DNA of 64,000 nucleotides from Lama guanicoe (Eukaryota), in the NCBI GenBank assembly GCA_013239625.1, contig MU053588.1, positions 831,988-895,987 on the forward strand, written 5' to 3'. Below, piece by piece: positions 60,396 to 64,000 of the stretch (positions are counted from its first letter, which is position 1; each line of letters begins with the position of its first letter). The notes beneath the pieces were generated by a model. That model was given only the letters and a program-made list of their open reading frames with translations, did not search any database and was not told the origin of the DNA. The position numbers and the translations under genes were made by a program.

Positions 60396-61383
60396 AGAGA
60401 GATTTGGGTGCATAAAGTGAGGCTGGATGAGCTCCAGGGAGTGAAGCAAACCAAGGTGGAGACCTGGGGCTGGCCATCAGTGACAGATCCGGAAGATGAG
60501 GAGGAACCTGCAGGGGTACTCGGAGGAAGTCAGCAGGGAGCCTGGAGGAGACCAGAGAGGGTGACCAGTGTCTCAGGAGCAAAGTGAAGAAAGCATTTCC
60601 AGGGACAGGGGTTGTTTGCCAGGCCAATGCAGCCGACGGGTGAAGTCAGAGGAGGCCTGGGATGTGACTTAGATAAGCACAAGGGAGACCCTGACAAGGG
60701 CACATCCGAGGAGCAGGAGATAGAGGCGAGGGTAGAACGGGAACATTTGATTGGGAAGGGCGGGAAAGAGAACTGGAGACCTCTCTAGTGAGAAACAGGG
60801 TTGTAGCTGGAGAAGGTCAAGACAGATTTGTTTTGTCCTTTGTTTGAAGAAGGAAGAAGTTACCATAGGTTTGTAAGCCAGCGGCAATGATCAGGTATGA
60901 GAAGGAAAGGGGACGGAGGAGCATTGCTGGAGCCATGACGGAGACAAGAGAACATGCAGGAAGTCCTCCAGTGGAGGTTGGGCCTGAGGGAGGGCTGATC
61001 ATGGCGACAGGAGGAGCAGGAGGCGTGGGCGGAGCTGCTGCCAGGAGACAGGAGACCGAGAACATTCTCTTCTATGGCTTCAGTGAAATAAGCTGGGAGC
61101 AGGGATGGGAGAAAAGAAAGAGGACACTCTGGAACAGTCGATGGAGCGTGAGAGGGTGACCAGACAGCGGGGACATGGCAGGGCGGCCCGGCAGCACCGA
61201 GGACCCCTTGAGGGGCCAGTCAGAAGCTCAGAGTGAGAACTTGAGTTTCCTCCCGCTACGCTCCCAGATCAGGGCTCAGGCATGGAGTAAACGCCAAGGT
61301 TGGTTTAACCAGGTTGAGAGTTTCCCAAGTGAGAATAACAAATAAGGGAGGGAGTTAGCGGTGGATCCAAGGGAGCCATTTTG

Positions 61384-61668
61384 CTTTGTTTTGGTTTTTT
61401 GGTGAAGGGAGATAATTAGGTTTATTTATCTCCTGGGCTTATATCCAGAAGGAACCCTACTTCAGGATGACACCTGCACCCCAATGTTCATAGCAGCACT
61501 ATTTACAATAGCCAAGACATGGAAACAGCCTAAATGTCCATCAACAGATGACTGGATAATTAGGTTTATTTATTTATTTATTGTTAGAGAAGGTGCTGAG
61601 GATTGAACCCAGGACCTCATGCATGCTAAGCATGCGCTCTACCACTTGAGCTATGCTCTCTCCACTAG
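61384..61668 (-). mobile_element. Camelid SINE interrupted by an L1 fragment
   Basis: 14-bp TSD agggagccattttg at 61370 and 61669. Confidence 0.85.
61430..61554 (+). mobile_element. L1 ORF2 C-terminal fragment (LLGLYPEG...TCTPMFIAALFTIAKTWKQPKCPSTDDW)
   Basis: Open frame matching the L1 ORF2p C-terminus; flanked by a 19-bp direct repeat. Confidence 0.9.
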
Positions 61669-61961
61669 AGGGAGCCATTTTGATGGGTAACCACACACTT
61701 GTGGGGCTGAAGGACGGTGAAAAGGGAGTCTCATTAATGGGACTGTAGGTCCCGGCAGAGTTGGGATGCTGGAAGCAGGGTGCGGAGAGGGAGAGGGTGG
61801 ATAGAGACTGAGAAGCTTGAAACTGAAATTGGAAGGGCCGCAGTTATCAGGGGTGGAGGGAGGGCTGCAGTCCGGCAGAGGACCAGCTCACTGGAAGAGA
61901 GGCCAAGGGGTCCAAGGAGCATCTACCTGGACATGATGATTGTGTCAGAAGTGAGTGGTGA

Positions 61962-62094
61962 TGGGGGGGGATGGTATCACTCAAGTGGTAGAGTGTGCTT
62001 AGCATGCATGAGGTTCGGGGTTCAATCCCCAGCACCTCCCCTAAGAATAAATTAAAAAATAAACCTAATTACCTCCTCTCCCTGCCCCCAAAGA
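61962..62094 (+). mobile_element. Camelid tRNA-derived SINE
   Basis: TSD agaagtgagYggtga at 61947 and 62095. Confidence 0.85.
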
Positions 62095-62749
62095 AGAAGT
62101 GAGCGGTGAGCCAGGTGGAAAATGTAAGAGTCTATGATCCCCACAACAGCAGCCTCTGACTCCAGCGCCCACCCCGTCCAACCCTTGGGAGGTATCTCTA
62201 ACCAGAAAAGTGGGCTTGGGTTCTACTGGGTGGGTGGTCAGGTTTGGGAACTAGATTTGCTGCTTCAGCTCCATCAAAGACCCACATGTGAAAGGTAAAT
62301 TGATAAAGTGAATAGGAAAAAAAAAATGTGGCCTACTCTTGCCACTTAGGAGCAGGAGAAAAAAAAATTTTTTTTATCTTTCAAAAGAAAAACAATAAAG
62401 TAAAAAATAATCAATTCATTTGCCCCCCAGAAGTCAAGAATTTCTTTGGCCAAGTCTGAAGTGTGGAGGGGAAAGGTCTTTTTACCCAAGGGGGCTAGAT
62501 CAACTGGATATGAAAATGAGAATTTAAAAGAAAAAGGAACATCAACCCTTACTCAAATCAAACATAAAAATTAACCCAAAATGAATCCTGGACTTGAATG
62601 TAACACCTAAAACTATAAACCTTCTAGAAGGAAATAGAGGGAAAAAATCTTTGTTACCTTGGAGTAGACCAACATGGGGTCTCATGACCTAGGTTTTTCA
62701 ACAAACAATTGGTTTTAAAGACAAAGAGGGAGGGGGTGCTCTTTGCTTT

Positions 62750-63230
62750 TGTGTGCCGGGCACCAGTGTGAACCTAAGCATCCAGCAGAGTCCATGGGCC
62801 CCTGTTCGGAATCAAGTTTATAAAGGTGTAAAATGCACAGGACTGCAAAGGAAACTCATTGTGTTAATCCAAAGTTAGTTAAAAAAAAAAGTGCTATAGT
62901 AATATATGTGCCTTTTAAAGAAAAAGACCTGGCTGCAAACCCAATAACTACCATAATTTCTGAGCAGTGCTGAGTAAAACCAGTGTTTCAAGATATCTGC
63001 AACCACTGTGATGTGCTATGAAACATCTGTGATTTATTTTGGTGACAGAGTCCTAGGTTCTGCCAACAGTACCGTGATTCATTGCCAACATTCGTAATTT
63101 ACAGAAATATTTAATGTCAGTTAGCAGTTCGTGAAAACAAAGATGCCATTTTTTTCCCCACCAAAGGTGATAGACTCCAAGAACTCTGGGCCCCTTGGAG
63201 GTCCCAGGACTCCAGCTTAAGAACCCCTGC
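62750..63230. mobile_element. hAT-Charlie-family DNA transposon relic
   Basis: ataactaccataattt...gatatctgcaacc...ttaagaacccctg terminus. Confidence 0.55.
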
Positions 63231-63714
63231 AGATTAAAAATGCAGCGTGTACATCTTGTGTAGCTCCTGATTTGAACCAACCCATTTAAAAAGACATTTC
63301 TGAGACAACTGGGATATTTAAACAGAGTATGTGTTACAAGATAGTGAGGAAATATTGTTAAGTGTTTGGTCTGATAATGGCATTGTGGTTACGATTTTTG
63401 TAAAGTCATTATTTGGTTGAGATAGATAATGAAGTGTTTGAGATAGATAATTACAGGCAGGGTTGGTTGTGTGTGTGTGTGTGTGTGTGGCTTAAACTTA
63501 GGGTTCGTTTTAAAGTCTTACAACTAGAGGGGAGTGAGGGAACTTTCTGAGGTGATGGCGATGTTCTATTTCTTAATAAAGATTGGGGTTACACAGGTAT
63601 AAGCAGTTGTCAAAATCCATGGAATTGCACACTTAAGGTTTTACATTTCTCAGTGTACAAATTTTACCTTAAACGTAAGTAAATAAATCTTGAACTCTAG
63701 GTAATGGGATGCAT

Positions 63715-64000
63715 GTAAGTTTCCCAGGGCTACCATAACAAAATACCACAAACTGGGTGGCTTAAAACAACAGAAATTTACTCTCTCATGGTCCTAGAGG
63801 CTAGAAGTCTGAAATCAAGGTGTTCACTGGGCCATGCTCTCTCGAAGCTTCTAGAAGAGGATCCTTCCTTGCCTCTTTCAAGCTTCTGGTCCATCCCAGG
63901 AGTCCCTTGGCTTGTGGTTGCTTCACTGCAGTCTCTGCCTGTCTTCACAGGCCTTCTCCCTGTGTCTCTGTGTCTTCGCACGGCTGTCTTCTCATAAGGG
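63715..64000. mobile_element. MLT1-type MaLR LTR (runs off the window)
   Basis: gggctaccataacaaataccacaaactgggtggcttaaaacaacagaaattta. Confidence 0.75.

Noticed and set aside
61190..61210. RE1/NRSE-like CAGCACCGAGGACCC upstream of neuronal DPF1
   Set aside because: Lacks the 5' TT and 3' AG of TTCAGCACCnnGGACAG; I found no convincing full RE1 in the window by eye
56100..64000. Possible next gene upstream of DPF1
   Set aside because: Only repeats seen; no exon with a recognisable peptide and splice sites

Overview
Mammalian genomic DNA, most likely camelid, judged from repeated tRNA-derived Vic-1-like SINEs. It holds two convergent genes. The + strand carries the last nine coding exons and 3'UTR of SIPA1L3 (1914-38319, poly(A) signal 40374). 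The - strand carries the complete neuronal BAF-subunit gene DPF1/BAF45B (stop 43808; 12 exons give 387 aa). DPF1 has three alternative coding first exons (51447, 54051, 55444), which the ORF track does not resolve as exons. Introns and flanks contain MIR, L2, L1, MLT1 and hAT relics. The most notable unexplained structures are: (1) a degenerate 31-bp-period array of RFX half-site cores (GGCAAC) filling DPF1 intron 9, flanked by two near-perfect X-box palindromes; (2) a frame-preserving 39-nt candidate exon or internal start exon in SIPA1L3; (3) twin DPF1 promoters with a shared motif architecture; (4) a tail-less L1 ORF2 fragment with its own 19-bp duplication nested in a SINE; (5) a SOX-octamer enhancer-like cluster. 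Gene identities rest on recalled protein sequences plus splice-phase consistency. Repeat boundaries are approximate and were not computed.
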